This document shows, piece by piece, positions 36,902 through 49,500 of a stretch of DNA of 64,000 nucleotides. A model generated the notes under the pieces. That model was not told where the DNA came from and ran no database searches. It worked only from the letters and a program-made list of their open reading frames with translations. Source of the DNA: Asterias rubens (taxonomy: Eukaryota). Position 1 is the first letter of the stretch, and every line of letters starts with the position of its first letter. The DNA lies in assembly GCF_902459465.1 (NCBI RefSeq), contig NC_047070.1, positions 11,160,001-11,224,000 on the forward strand. The letters are read 5' to 3'. Made by a program: the position numbers and the translations under genes.

Positions 36902-38571
36902 TCAAAATTTCCAGTCGCATATGCCAGCTGTCTTGTGTATGAAATTTTGGAATGTCTTGATGTTATTTGCATTTTCCAATTTCTTGGCAGTTACGCTGCT
37001 TTTAGAGACATTGTCCATCTTCAACAGAAAAGCAACAAGATGACCCACCATTTGATCACATGCATAGGCAAAGGTGAAGAGTGTCGGGAACAACTCTATG
37101 GACCGGTACTGAGAGAAAAACTGGTTCTTCATTGCAATTAAATTTTGTTACATCTTTTGCTTTTTTGTGAGCACAGGCTACTATTTCGTCAACAGTTCTT
37201 GCCCCCTGTTCCACGTTTGTCATTGACCATGTTTTCGTCATATCAAAGCGTTCTTCCTTTGGGCAGGGACACCACAAGCATGAATGCTTACTTGCGAATC
37301 CAGCTATGCCCATAATTTGATTCAAGTATTTGAGGTCACCACCATGGAATTGTTCTACTCTGACTAATTGTCAGACACAGATGATAAATCTTCACACTCC
37401 TGAATAAGATCCCTTAGTGCAGCTTTCAAAGTCGAGTTTTTGTCATCACATTTGACTATAGCCAACAGATAATTTCCATGTTCAGACATGCAGTTCTCTT
37501 CATCTACAAGTGTGTATGACATGTTAACAAACGATTGCTTACATGTAATCCTTGTCCCATCCCCACTGATTTTAATTCGAACTATTCCATTCTTTATCAG
37601 ATTTGTCCTTTTGGGGTCAGATAGTTTTTCAGTTAGTGTGACTGAAAGTGAGGTGTATACCCCTGGGAAATCGGCAGTCGTTTTTTTTTTATCGTTATAC
37701 CTTTATTGAGATTGTGTCGCCTGTCTATTATTTTGCATGCTTTTGGAAGCGACGAAGATTTACTCTGACTCTGAGCTCGTTCATGATAGCCCCTATTCGG
37801 AATGTTGTACTGGTCTAGGACAAATATAATTTCATCGAGATCGTCTTCGGAATATTCGGTACATATTTTCCTCCCATTCTCAAAGCAAACTACAATCTCG
37901 TCATCAAAATCGTCTCTAAACGATACAGTGACGGGTGTCCACGACCCAGCAGAAAAATCCTGCAGAACTGTTTGAACGGTTTGCAACTTCTGTCGTTTTA
38001 TTCGACGTTTCTGTGAGTTACTGTATGTTACCTTTCCTTTTTCTTTCTCCCTTTCTCCACTTTTGCGTTTTTTGAGATTCCTCAATCTATCAATAGTCCG
38101 TTCGAGTTCTATGTTTTTCCCATTAATGTCTGCCAGTACTCGCCTAGTTGTAGTTAGCTCATCTGCAACCCTGGACAATTCTTCTTCAGTGTTTTCAAGC
38201 TTTCGTTTTGTTGATGATCCAGTGCGATGTGGTACTTTCAAAGTAAAAGTGTGGTGTTTTCCCACTTTGTCATTAAGGCTTGTAGTTTAAAGCCTGATCG
38301 ATAAATGATATTGTGTCAGAAGATATTGCAAGACATGTTCTAAACTTTCAGAACTCAATAGTGAACAGGTTGTCATGGCAGCTGCCAACTTGTACAGAAC
38401 TAAATCGTTCAGCTGTAAATACACAACATGTTTGAACTCATGATTCACAGGTTCTTCAGGCAAGGCACTACAGTACTGGATCATTAAACAAAACAAGATA
38501 CAGGTAAAAAACAAATTCACCATCATTGCATTGACTGCCATTGTGGGCCTGGATTGGTTTATAGAGGGCAA
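36902..38571 (-). pseudogene. RAG1/Transib/Chapaev-clan DDE transposase relic (unit B2), multiply frameshifted and 3'-truncated
   Basis: Across frames: VRIKISGDGT (first D at ~37560), GGDLKYLNQIMGIAGFASKHSCLWCPC (second D at ~37336 plus CxxC), PVFLSVPVHRVVPDTLHL. These parallel RAG1 KESCDG / GYDEK...CTLC / PF...DALH. No third catalytic E is visible; the sequence stops next to a MITE-A fragment at ~36630-36890. Confidence 0.7.
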
Positions 38572-38888
38572 TGTAAAGTAATAGTTAACCTAAACAATGC
38601 ATCCAGTGCCGGCAACATGTACTTTTTTATGTACACGTGCTTCATATTGTATCAAAACAAGATAAAACAGATTTCAGTTCAGATGATCATCGCTGCATTA
38701 TGTTCTCCGTATTCAAAATTTACTATATTGTTTTTTCTACATGAAGTATTTTGTGATGTAAGCTTTTCTGATTAACTGGAAGTTGGTTGTGTCAGCAGAG
38801 CATTGACTAGCCAAAACAGTCACTTCAGGCTGAGAAACCAATTTTCATATTTTGTTTACCATTTAGAAAATAATGCAGCAGATGTACA

Positions 38889-39544
38889 TTAGTTCAAATC
38901 CTGTAAAAAGACCTGCAAATCCCCAGCGTTACCCCTGTCTCTCACAAATTTGACAACCACCACAAACCCTCGATGAGTGCTGACTATTCCACCATCGGCG
39001 TTGAATTCTACAAGCGGGGTCTCTCTTTCATGTGAAAGCTAAGTGTACCTTCAATGATGAAAGCAAAATCTTTGTTCCTGTCGATCTTGAAGTGCCAATT
39101 TTGTCCCAACAGTTCATTTAAATCAGTTAGTTTGGATAGGGAATATTATTTTACCACTGCTGTTTAATTGTCCATACAACTTCAATGGCTCGAAGGCATC
39201 CCTTGGCATTGGAAGACGCACCTCCACAGAGCTGTCTGTTTTCCGCTGTATGGGAAGCGCCTCCTTGATTCTTGCAAGTTGCAAATAAAAGAAGGATGTG
39301 GCTTCTTCTGTTGTTTCTATGAATTCTTTGGGAATATCAACGATTTCATTCACTGGCCGCCATTCATTGTAACGCTTGTCCCAGCCAATGTAGTGTACTA
39401 AGCCATACACGATGTGATGTTCAGAGGGTACAGCTTGCTTGTTGACCAGTTTGTGGCCGTTTGTCGCTCCTGGTGGAATGCTGGTCCCTCTGCCAATGCT
39501 TTGTAGTCAACTCTATGTGGGCACCTTTTTGGCCGGTCTGCCAT
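38889..39544 (-). pseudogene. Tudor-knot/chromo-barrel-like ORF (unit B1) upstream of B2; at least 3 frameshifts
   Basis: MADRPKRCPHRVDYKAL...LYPLNIT../GLVHYIGWDKRYNEWRPVNEIVD...RIKEAL...VEVRLPMP/LLGQNWHFKID.NKDFAFII..TLSF/...FVVVVKFVRDRG. The VHYxGWxxxYxEW motif is characteristic of Tudor-knot domains. A probable 5' non-coding exon lies at ~40440-40640. Confidence 0.65.
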
Positions 39545-40952
39545 ACAACTGCAAAGTACAGGTACCTTGAAACAAAAAGACAAAGATGGGAAAAAATCAT
39601 GAACAAAATCATCACACCTGTAGGAAATTTATCAGTGTTGACTCAAATCGGTGACTTTAGACTAAACTAATCTTGAATCCGATTTTATTTAAATTGATAT
39701 GCGACTGGTCTTGACTTGCATGGGCTTGTATGGAAATGAAGACTTGGGTCACTCTACTCGACTTGACTCAGTGAAAACATGTTGGTTACACTAAAATAAC
39801 TTGTGGAAACAAAATATGGAAAACACCGCCATATCATATATGCACAGATGCGTGCACTCTGTAAATCATATACTAGTTATCAACACAATTCTGCAAACAT
39901 GACGTCTACTTTGAACAACAAATTACTTGCGACTCGAGAAAAAAATGCGACCTAACTGTTTAGACTTCACTTGTGAAAATGACTTGGGGCCTACATGTAG
40001 CCTACATGACTTTACATAAATCTGAAATGGAGCACTGTGTTCAACAAAATGTACACACAAATGTTCTCACCTAGTCACAGATGGCGAGTGGCTAGGCTGT
40101 AGGCCTAATTTAATAAATAGCATTTTTATTTTTAAATTCAACTGGACTGGACTGTCATGACTGCCCAAATTAAAATTTATTTGCCAAAATTCTCAATTTC
40201 AATTAAGTCTAAACATGCTAAACTAAACCGGCTCGGGTCTAATTAAACATTTGTACAGGGCTCTTTACACATATGTACTTCATGACAGTTGACTGTATGT
40301 AAATTAAAACGCCATGGTTTTTTAATATCCGAGTTCATTTTGACAACAAAAACCTGAATTCTGTGCATGCACATTCTCATGCGTTGGCAGCACAATCAGC
40401 ATTGGCATATACAGTGTGCTAGTACTACTTACTCACATACCTGGTTGCTAGTGGAACAGTCCAAAATCCCGCGATGTCTCAGAACTCAGGCGATGACGAT
40501 CTAAAAAACTCTCAAATAGATTCTTCTCCTTTGTCAAAATCACTAAGGTCGCGTTTACATTATTCCAAATGAACACAAGATACCAGAGAAGCAATCACGG
40601 TCGATATGGTGGTAAAAAGAGGGTAGAAATCAGCAGATGATGTTCAGCTTGGGCAGCGCAACGTTCACCAGAAAGCACGAAAAAGGTCAACGCTTTAGTC
40701 ACGTGGCCACATACCGGCGTATGACCGGGTGACCTATTACTTGGCAACAACTGAGAGCTCTCTTCTGCATATTATAATGATATGCATAATTATCTGAACA
40801 GGAGCAGAATGAACTTGGTGAAATGCTTGACAGTAGGCCTAACTATAATGCTAAAGAAATACGTACAAGTTTGTGGGTAATTTTGTGGCAGACAAATTAA
40901 TTGAATAGCGACCATATTTATGCTATTATTCCTCTTTGGAGTGTTCTATTAT

Positions 40953-41126
40953 ACACATATGGACTGGCAATGAGGGAACTAGATCACATCTATGCACCCC
41001 GAGGGACTGTGAGTGACCTCACAAGGCCGAAGGACTAGGGAAATAGGACCCTCGTATGGTCACTCACAGTCCAGAGGGGGGCATAGACGTGATCTAGTGC
41101 CCGAATTATGACAGTCCATTATGTGT
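40953..41126. mobile_element. Foldback MITE; shorter relative at ~41478-41585
   Basis: acacatatggactg...actagatcacatctatgc.ccc...ggactgtgagtgacc is mirrored by ggtcactcacagtcc...gggggcatagacgtgatctagt...cagtccattatgtgt. Confidence 0.7.
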
Positions 41127-41898
41127 TTTATTACACATCACGGTCAAACCACAAGAAAAGAGACGTTTTCACATTTTAGGGTGCTGCAACCAGTCAAAAA
41201 TTGTCGATTATAGTGCCCGACTGGGCACTATACTCCAGGTAGCGCGCACTTAACGCGCTTCTATTTCATGCTCGCGTCAATTTTATGCACTAGCCTATAT
41301 ACTGTACATGTAAGTGAGCCCCATGTGACAGCGTTTTAATGGGGCAATAGTACTCATGATGTGAGCAGGAAATGGCAACTTTGGAATCTTTGGAAATTTA
41401 TCATGTTCCGTTTAAAGGCTCATTAATTGCTTACGAGTTAATTGTTGGTTTGAAACAGTTCACTTATTAACTTAAAACACATATGGACTGGCATAATTCG
41501 GTCACTAGTGGACGTCTATGCACCCCTCAGGCCTCCCTCATGGTTGCATAGACATCCACTATTGACCTCATTGCCAGTCCATTCCATCCAACTAAACTTA
41601 TTACATCTAGCATTGTTAAAAAAAGCAATAAAGGCACAATAAAGGCACAAGAATGGCATACAAAAAGTAGAATGTCTTTTATTTGAAAAACATAAATACA
41701 ACTTTTCCAAAAATATAACTTGAAAGTTCAAATGAACTAATATAAAACGGTTAAAAGACCTTATCCATGAATGCCTTGGAATATTTCCATATTTTCGTGC
41801 AGAAAAGTTATAAACAGGCATGAGAATCTTCCGGTTTAAACCGGAATTCCGTTTTTTTTCCTTTCAAAATTGTGGTCTCCGAGTTCGATGTGAATTTG

Positions 41899-43302
41899 CT
41901 ATAAAATTCGGGGGTAGGTTTTTGGGGGTATACATTTGGATTTCTCTAATCCCTCTTCTCTAGTCAGACATTGTAAGTTTACCTTTGTAATTGTTATTAT
42001 CGCGGATCCCCACACGTCGTTCATGAAATACCGGCCCCTAAACAATAAATTGCCGTCCAGCAGCTGGCCCAATTTACGGCTTGTTGTCTTCCTGGCATCG
42101 CGCATGCATATGCAGCAGCAGTGACAGATGTATAAACTTGGCTCATTCCTTGCTTCGTTTATAGTGGTACGGTTCAATAATGTTTGCGTGTAATGCGCTT
42201 GCTGGTGTGGAGACTTTTGAAAGTCTACTGAAAAAACAATGCACGTGTTTGCACCATGTGTACAGTGTACTGTGTACTGTGTACGTAGAATTGATCACTG
42301 TCAACAAGTCGAAATGTCCCTCTAAAGACAGAACTTATTTCCTCCTCTACTTCTGTGGGAGACATATCTCTGTGGACACAAATCTTCCCTGACATTTCCT
42401 TTTTTGCCAGGAACTCTCTCTGTTTTCCGCGTGGTATTGCCAAAATACTAGAAGTGTCGTAAGGTAGACAAAATATGTCCTTTGACACATTTCGCGCCTT
42501 GGCCTTTGAAGCTCTCTCTTGAGTCCTCCTTGGCCTTGGTCTGACGGATGGAGCGGGCCATTGATGTGTCTGACACACAAAGAAAACACAAGTACATTTG
42601 GTTGTGGAGTTTTTTGAAGTCTAAAGTGTTGCTTCTCATGGTCAAACATTGCAAGTAAAGCCAAGACACAAAACTCATTAACCCCCCCCCCTCCCCACAA
42701 AAAAGGAACGAAAAGGAACACAAACAATAGGCCTATTATATCTTTACTATAGGGACGCTATTGTTTTTTGTATACATGACATGTACATGCAGTGTACCAA
42801 CATGATGAAGAAATTAGTAAAATCGTTGACAGCAATAGGAAAAAAAAAAAAAAATGCCACATAAATGAACATGATGAATGCAATGGAACCACCCACATGA
42901 ATGTTCCATTTTTATTTAAAAAGTATGAGTTCTATTAATAATAATCATTAATAGCCCATAATTAGTACAATTAAAGTGCAATTAGTCGGACGTCATGAGT
43001 CCCATAGAGATATGTACAACAGCGCCCTCATTGAGGTCAAAACAGCCTTAGTTTACTGTAGGAAAACAGCTGGCATGTTACAAAATGATATTGATACCTA
43101 CCCTGGGAGTTGTTGATTTCGACTGGACCACCCTAGTGCTGTTGCTGTCGCTGCTTGCTGTGTTGCTACTGCTAGTGCTAGTGCTACAGTTGAGTTGTTG
43201 TACAGTAACGTTGTTACTCCCGGTCCCACCTCGTCTAATTTGACTGGTGATTTGGCTTACAGCTGACTGGATAATATTTTGGATGCTATCACCATCAGCC
43301 AT
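41899..43302 (-). pseudogene. Fragment resembling the N-terminal region of transposon-associated G2E3-like (HECT-type) proteins (unit C); exons ~43302-43102, 42570-42288, then decayed
   Basis: MADGDSIQNIIQSAVSQI...PR| splices in phase 0 to THQW...KDIFCLPYD...IPRGKQREFLAKKEMSGKICVHRDMSPTEVEEEISSVF. The next exon has stops, and no HECT domain is seen. Confidence 0.45.
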
Positions 43303-43579
43303 GGCTGATCACAGACAAGCATACGGCGAAAACCGCGATGATATACAACTTTACAAGTACAACTACTACAAGAAGTATGTACTAAGTGTACAGTGGTTTA
43401 ATACAAAAAGACCGCGGTCTGGTGTCCCTCAGCAGCGTTTGGATTTCGCACAAGATTTGACATGTTATGTGCAGATCATAGAAAGGACCAGACTAGACTC
43501 GACTGAGCTAGCTGCTGGAGAGCGTGTAGATCGCGACGGATGTTATGACTTGAACATAGACTATGGGCGTGGCTAAATT

Positions 43580-44520
43580 TACATACTGCACTTTATTTAT
43601 ATATAATGAAAGCGACGCAAAGTCATTATATATATATCATAGCCTCGTTCACTTCTTTGTACAAAAAGTAAATTGCATTGTTTACATATAATTGTCTTGT
43701 GCAAAATTCATTATTTACAAATAAAATATGTCCGTCGATATTATTTATATATAAGTATAATGAACCGTAAAATTATATATATATAATTAAGGTTGTACAA
43801 CAATTATATATATATAATTGCATGGTGCAAAATTACTTATTTACATATAAAACCTGTCAGTCGACATTATTTATATATAAGTATGGTGATCCATAGAATT
43901 ATATATAAATAATTAAAGTTTTCCAACAATTATATATATAAAATTGCATGTGCAAATAATTTATATATATATAATTGCATGGTGCAAAATTACTTATTTA
44001 CATATACTGTAAAACCTGTCAGTCGACATTATTTATATATAAGTATGATGATCCATAGAATTATATATAAATAATTAAAGTTTTCCAACAATTATATATA
44101 TATAATTGCATGTGCAAATAATTTATATATATATAATTGTATGTGCAAAATTTATTATTTACATATAATAATTTCCCGTCGACATTATTTATATATAAGT
44201 ATAATGACTCATAGAATTATATATAAATAATGAAAGTTTCCAACAATTACATATATAATTGCATGTGCAAATAAATTATATATATACAATTGTATGTGCA
44301 AAAATAATTATTTACATATAATAAGTTCCAGTCGAAATTATATGTACATGTATATAATAAAATGGTGTGTACAATTATATATATATAATGGAAACATTCC
44401 AACAATTATATATAAATAATTGTGTGGTGCAACATTGATTATTTGTAAATAATGGTTAAATAATTCATTATATATTATATAATGAATTATTTGTAAATAA
44501 TAGCATTAAATAATAAATTT
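43580..44520. repeat. Very AT-rich tandem array, units of ~125-160 bp
   Basis: The anchor gtcga(c/t)attatttatatataagtat recurs at ~43735, 43860, 44022, 44178 and (degenerate) 44331, with interleaved caattatatatataattgcatg tgcaaa blocks. Confidence 0.9.
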
Positions 44521-44529
44521 ACACTTGGC

Positions 44530-45460
44530 GCCTCATATTAAAGTACTGGTGGCAGCAGCTGATGTCATTTGTGGTGGGAGTGAGTTCCACATTCAGTCAT
44601 TGAAATGCAAACAATTAATTAAGTAGGGTGACCCTTACCTCTCTTGGTATGACAAGGCAAGCTTCATCCTCTCCAAAGTAACTGTACAGTAGCAGAATCA
44701 GCCAAATCACCTGTGGTGTTTTGTCACCTACTTCATCCATGGCTTTCTCTATATCAGTGAGGACAGTTCGTACCTGTTTGATGTTTACACCTTTCTTCAA
44801 AAATGTAGCAGCTTTGGTACCTTGTATTCAAAGAAATTGGTCAGTTTCACCTTCACATCTATACCAACAAGTTCTTTGAAGTGTTCCAACATGAATCTTT
44901 CGTCACAGAGGTAGGGCCATTGTTCTGTTAAGTCGAGGAACACACATGTCGGTTTATTTATTGCCTGCCCCTGACTCGTGTAAGTCAAACCCATTAGGCC
45001 CATGAATTCGGACTGTTTGGTGTGAGGTTCTGATTTGTGTAATTGGTTTAACTGTTCTTTGAGTTCATTATGTGATTCTTGTGTCTGACCTTGAGGAAAA
45101 GAACTGGGTTTCCAGTTAACACATTCAAATGAATCACGCTTTCTCTTACTGACAAGTGTTGTACTCGCATTGTCTGGTGATGATTTCCTTTTTGTAGACT
45201 GACTCAGAGGAAAATTGTCAACCCTGTTGACGGGTTGCGAGAGGATACTATCGTATCCACTACCAATTTGTTCACTGCGACTTCGTTGATGAAGGATTTT
45301 GAGGGTATTTACGGACGACTTCTTTGGCAATTTACTGTAATGTCTTTGTGCGAGGGAGTGGTGTGTTTGGCTTGTGTAAATCGTCTGCTATGACTCTAAT
45401 GATCTCCTTCCTCATGCTTGGTGATGGACTCAAATTAGCCTGTACTAGGCACTTCAGGTG
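44530..45460 (-). pseudogene. Truncated SAMD3-like gene fragment (unit D), same subtype as the 3' half of unit A
   Basis: With frameshifts: SPSMRKEIIRVIADDLH...IAKEVVRKYP, CVNWKP, MGLTYTSQGQAIN...QWPYLCDERFMLEHFKELVGIDV, LILLLYSYFGEDE. Confidence 0.7.
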
Positions 45461-46521
45461 GAAAATAAATCTTGCCCAAACTGTTTTAAAATGTTCCTAC
45501 AATGAAAGAGCATAGTCTCAGCATTACAAATCTGTTTGAATTTTTAAAATACCTTTTTTTATTATCGAGTTACAGTCGGTTTTGTATGTAAAAACAGGCT
45601 AAAAAAGGGACAAAAAGGTCAAAGGTCATTCCATTGTTTTAATGTATTTACAACGGCACCACAAAAAACACAGTAAATTACACATTTTAGCCTGTAACTT
45701 CAATAGTTTTTGTAATATACATTTGATATTTACAGGATATGTTGTTGGGGTATTCAACTTTAATTTGAGAAGAAATTAGTATTTTTCAACATTTGTGTAC
45801 CTAATTAGCATAATTAATGATCAAATTCGGGCATAATTATTCCTTTTTTAGTGTATCGGAACAAAACAATAGTCTATTATTCACAACTTAATTGTTATTT
45901 TCACTTCAAACCTGCAGGAAATGGTTTACATAAACACCTCTTTCAATAAGTATTGCTAAAAATCATTTCAAAGTTGTGCTGGACTGATTTGCATAATTAA
46001 TTAGCTAAATTATTACATTTCTAGTATTCGTTGTGGTGTATCAAATTTTATCCTGCGAGCAACAAATAAATAATAGACCGTTTACTTTTTTAGTTGTACA
46101 ACTTGTCACTTACATGTTTGGCTGAAAATAAACAGAAATAAATTGCATGTTATGTTGTCTTTCATTTAATTTGCATAATTTGCATACATAGTTAATAATA
46201 AACTCTTTGCAAGATTGGTTTGTGAGCAATTTAGGTGTATTTATGGCTAAAGCACTTACGCTGCTGAGTAAGTCAAAGTACAATGTAAAGACCTTTATCA
46301 TGCTGCCTCCATCTTGGCCATTGTTCCCTGTACACAATAACAGTAATTACTGCTAATCTTTATTGTATGAAAAAGGACAGACTATTTTTCTTACCAGCCT
46401 CGGTTGGGTTACACTGATGTGAATGGGAAAAAATCAAGATGGCCGCACCATGATGAAGGTAAATAAGTTTACCCGGAAAACATGCCATCTGTTAAGAACT
46501 AACTTCATCTCATTCATTTCC

Positions 46522-49500
46522 CTAAGGTATGGGATTTACAATAATGAGGTCATTTTTTTTCAGGTCTGCAAGCAGATTAAATGTCAACTCTTCTTCTTCT
46601 TCATCTTCCAGTTGACTGTCAACATATCTTATTGTGAATAATGATTTCGAAATTATAAGTTTCGTTTCATCACTGTTGAAAGGTATTACGTTGATTATTT
46701 CCCCATCAAACCAGCGAGGTATGCCTGTCGTGTCTATGCATTGATGTTTAACTTTTTTGTTTAGGAGGAGTCTAGGATTTTTTACAAGAATCTCAAGGCT
46801 CCTCTTTGATTGCTGTGTTGCACGTTTTGTTCTTTCTCCTGCCAGTTTGGAGAACAATTTTTTCTTGACCTCATCATATTTCTTTTGTTGTACATGAGGC
46901 TCTATGTAAGTCACAGGTCGTGGTGGTGTTGGAGGCTGCGTTATGTCATCTGGCTCTGACGACAAGTTGTTGGCCTGTACAACTCTGATGAGATGTCGTT
47001 TCATTTGTTCTTTTGTGAACTTGGTGGTTTTGCCTTCGGTAGATGTAGAAAATTGGAAGTACTCTTTTCTGTCAACTTTGGATTTTAGTACCTTTTGATG
47101 GAAGGATAGCTGTGTGTAGATGGCCCGGCGAGCTTCTTCGTCTGTGGATACCTCAAACAGATGGTCACATTTGTTATTGATCGAGTCCTCAGTGCACCAC
47201 ACACCACCCTGTACTGCAATTTCATTGGTCAACTTGACCTGAGCTGCCATTTGTTTGGCCTCTTTTGCTGCCTTTTCTTTGTGTTTATTTTGAAGTTTTT
47301 CCCATAGCTGTATTTTGATGGTGCGCATTTTAGATTTGTACCGCTGGAGGATTTCTGGAGCATGGGCCCTGGCCTGCTCCATATAGAGAGCTTTTGTCGT
47401 GGGGTCCAGTCCATCTAGCCACAACCTTGTACCATTGTTGGCCCACATGATGATCGTTTCCAATGTTGTGATTCTGGCTGATGGCTTCTGTCTCACAAGT
47501 AAATCAAGCCAAGCAAAATCCCTCTCTCCAACTACATTGGTTGTGGGGACATTTGAATAACGCTGCAGCACTTCTGGAGCAGGGTCCCAGTACCTTCCCC
47601 CCGGGAGCTGGTCTTTGCATTGGCGCTCCAAAATGAGGAGGAGCGCACAACACAGCAATTCCAATGCTTGTTGAGTCATACAGTTTAGCTCTCCATCCTG
47701 ACAGTCCCTAAAAAGAGCTTCAGAAATATCATCGGCATGGCATACAGCTCCGTCTACTCCCATCTCACCCATCATTAAGGGAGAAGCATCTTCTTTCCAC
47801 TCGATGAGCTTCAATTGGAGGTGATGGAGAGGGCCATTTAGTGCAAGTACACTCTTTGTCTTCTTAGTTGTCTCCCATAGCGGCTCCGTAACACATTTAT
47901 GTAAGATGCCCAATGCCCTCAATTCAGCTCGGTGAATCTTCTCTTGAGCATCTTCCGTGACAGCGAGTAGAAGCTGATTGGGCTCTGGGAGATGAGTCAC
48001 AAAGTGAACCATATGGTCTAGATGATAAAACGCCGCAGCAGCACCCTCGAACAAGATGTTGGCTCTATTCCCAACGTAGTTTACCAGGTGATTTGTGGTT
48101 CCAAATACAAACTGCAAGTGAGTTGTAAAGGCATCTTCTACTCCACACTGATCCTGAGCCTCGATGGTGAAACGCCTTACTTGCAGTTCTTACGAGCCGT
48201 GTTGCCCCTGCTTCTGATGTGAGAAGAGTATGAGCATTCTTCCCACTTGTAGAAATGTCCTCAAGTGACTTGAGGACCCGGTTTGCTTCCGCAGCAAAAT
48301 TAATCAGGGGATGCATCTTGCAATAAAATTGCCCGAATTGTCCCATGCTTAACTTTACATCATCTGGTAGGTTTTCCCAGTTGGGTGCGACCTTTGGAAG
48401 CAGCTCTTCCCTGATAATTTGCAGACGGTCGCCATACTGGGGCATGGTGGGTCCTTGGTCCGTCATGGCACTTTTTACCGTGCAAAGTAATTCTTTGTAT
48501 GTGTTTGTTGCATCTGACTTCTCAACACAAGAGACAGCATCTGCAAGCTCACGGATCCTATCCTGGTAAGCTTGCACCACTGCCCCCGTGTCTCCTGCAG
48601 CCATTTGTGTCAGCCCCATTGAACGTGATGATCCATCTTGGAGGGACACTTGCCAGTTCTGGTACTTCTTGTGATATTTCGTGGTGCCGTCTCCATGTAT
48701 ACAATTACCAAGGGCATCCTCAAGGCGATTTTCCCGCATTGCCAGTGCCACTTCCAAATCGGCTAAGTGGCTCGCCTCTAAACGAATTTCTGAAATGGTG
48801 CCTACGCATGGTAGTCTCCCGATGTTTTTTTTTCCAAGTGTTTTTAGTACAACACGAATAACTTCATTCACTTTACTAGTCGCCACATTAAATGACAAAA
48901 GTGCCATAATGGTTTCTCTAATTTCGTCTGTGTACTTTCCATCCTTAAAACTTACGATGTCATCATCGTTCATCAGTGCCAACAATTCCTCCAGTTCGTC
49001 TACCCTCTGTGTCATCATCTGTAGTCTGTTATTCAATTTGCCGACATCCTCTGCCGTGTATAACTCAGCGCTGTCTTTTTGCATCATTTTCTGCTTTATT
49101 TTCCACGCCTTCTTTTTTACTTTTGTATTGAAAACCACCTTACTTGCTAGCCTTTCTTCCAACCTCTTCTTTTCTCTTTCAGTGTTTCTCAATTTGGACA
49201 AAGCATCATCTAATTCATTTTTTACTTCTTCAATTGCCTCTGTCATCCTAGACTTTGCTTTCTCAAGTTGTTCATTTTTCTCTTCAGCTGCTCTTATGTT
49301 TTTTTGACGGGTTTTCAACCGCTTGTTCACATTCCTCACACTGTAAGTGCTAATTTTTGTTTCTGCCTTCTCGAATTGTTTTGTCAATGTCTGCAATTTT
49401 TTTGATTGTTCATCATACTGCCTTTTGTATACGTCCAAGTTATCTTGGAGTGGGTTAAACTTCCTATTGACCTCATTCAACTCTATCGTTGCTTCTTCAT

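Noticed and set aside
36902-39544. ProtoRAG / true RAG1L-RAG2L pair
   Set aside because: The ORFs are tandem rather than convergent, the partner has a Tudor-knot rather than kelch/PHD signature, and no RSS-like TIR was found.
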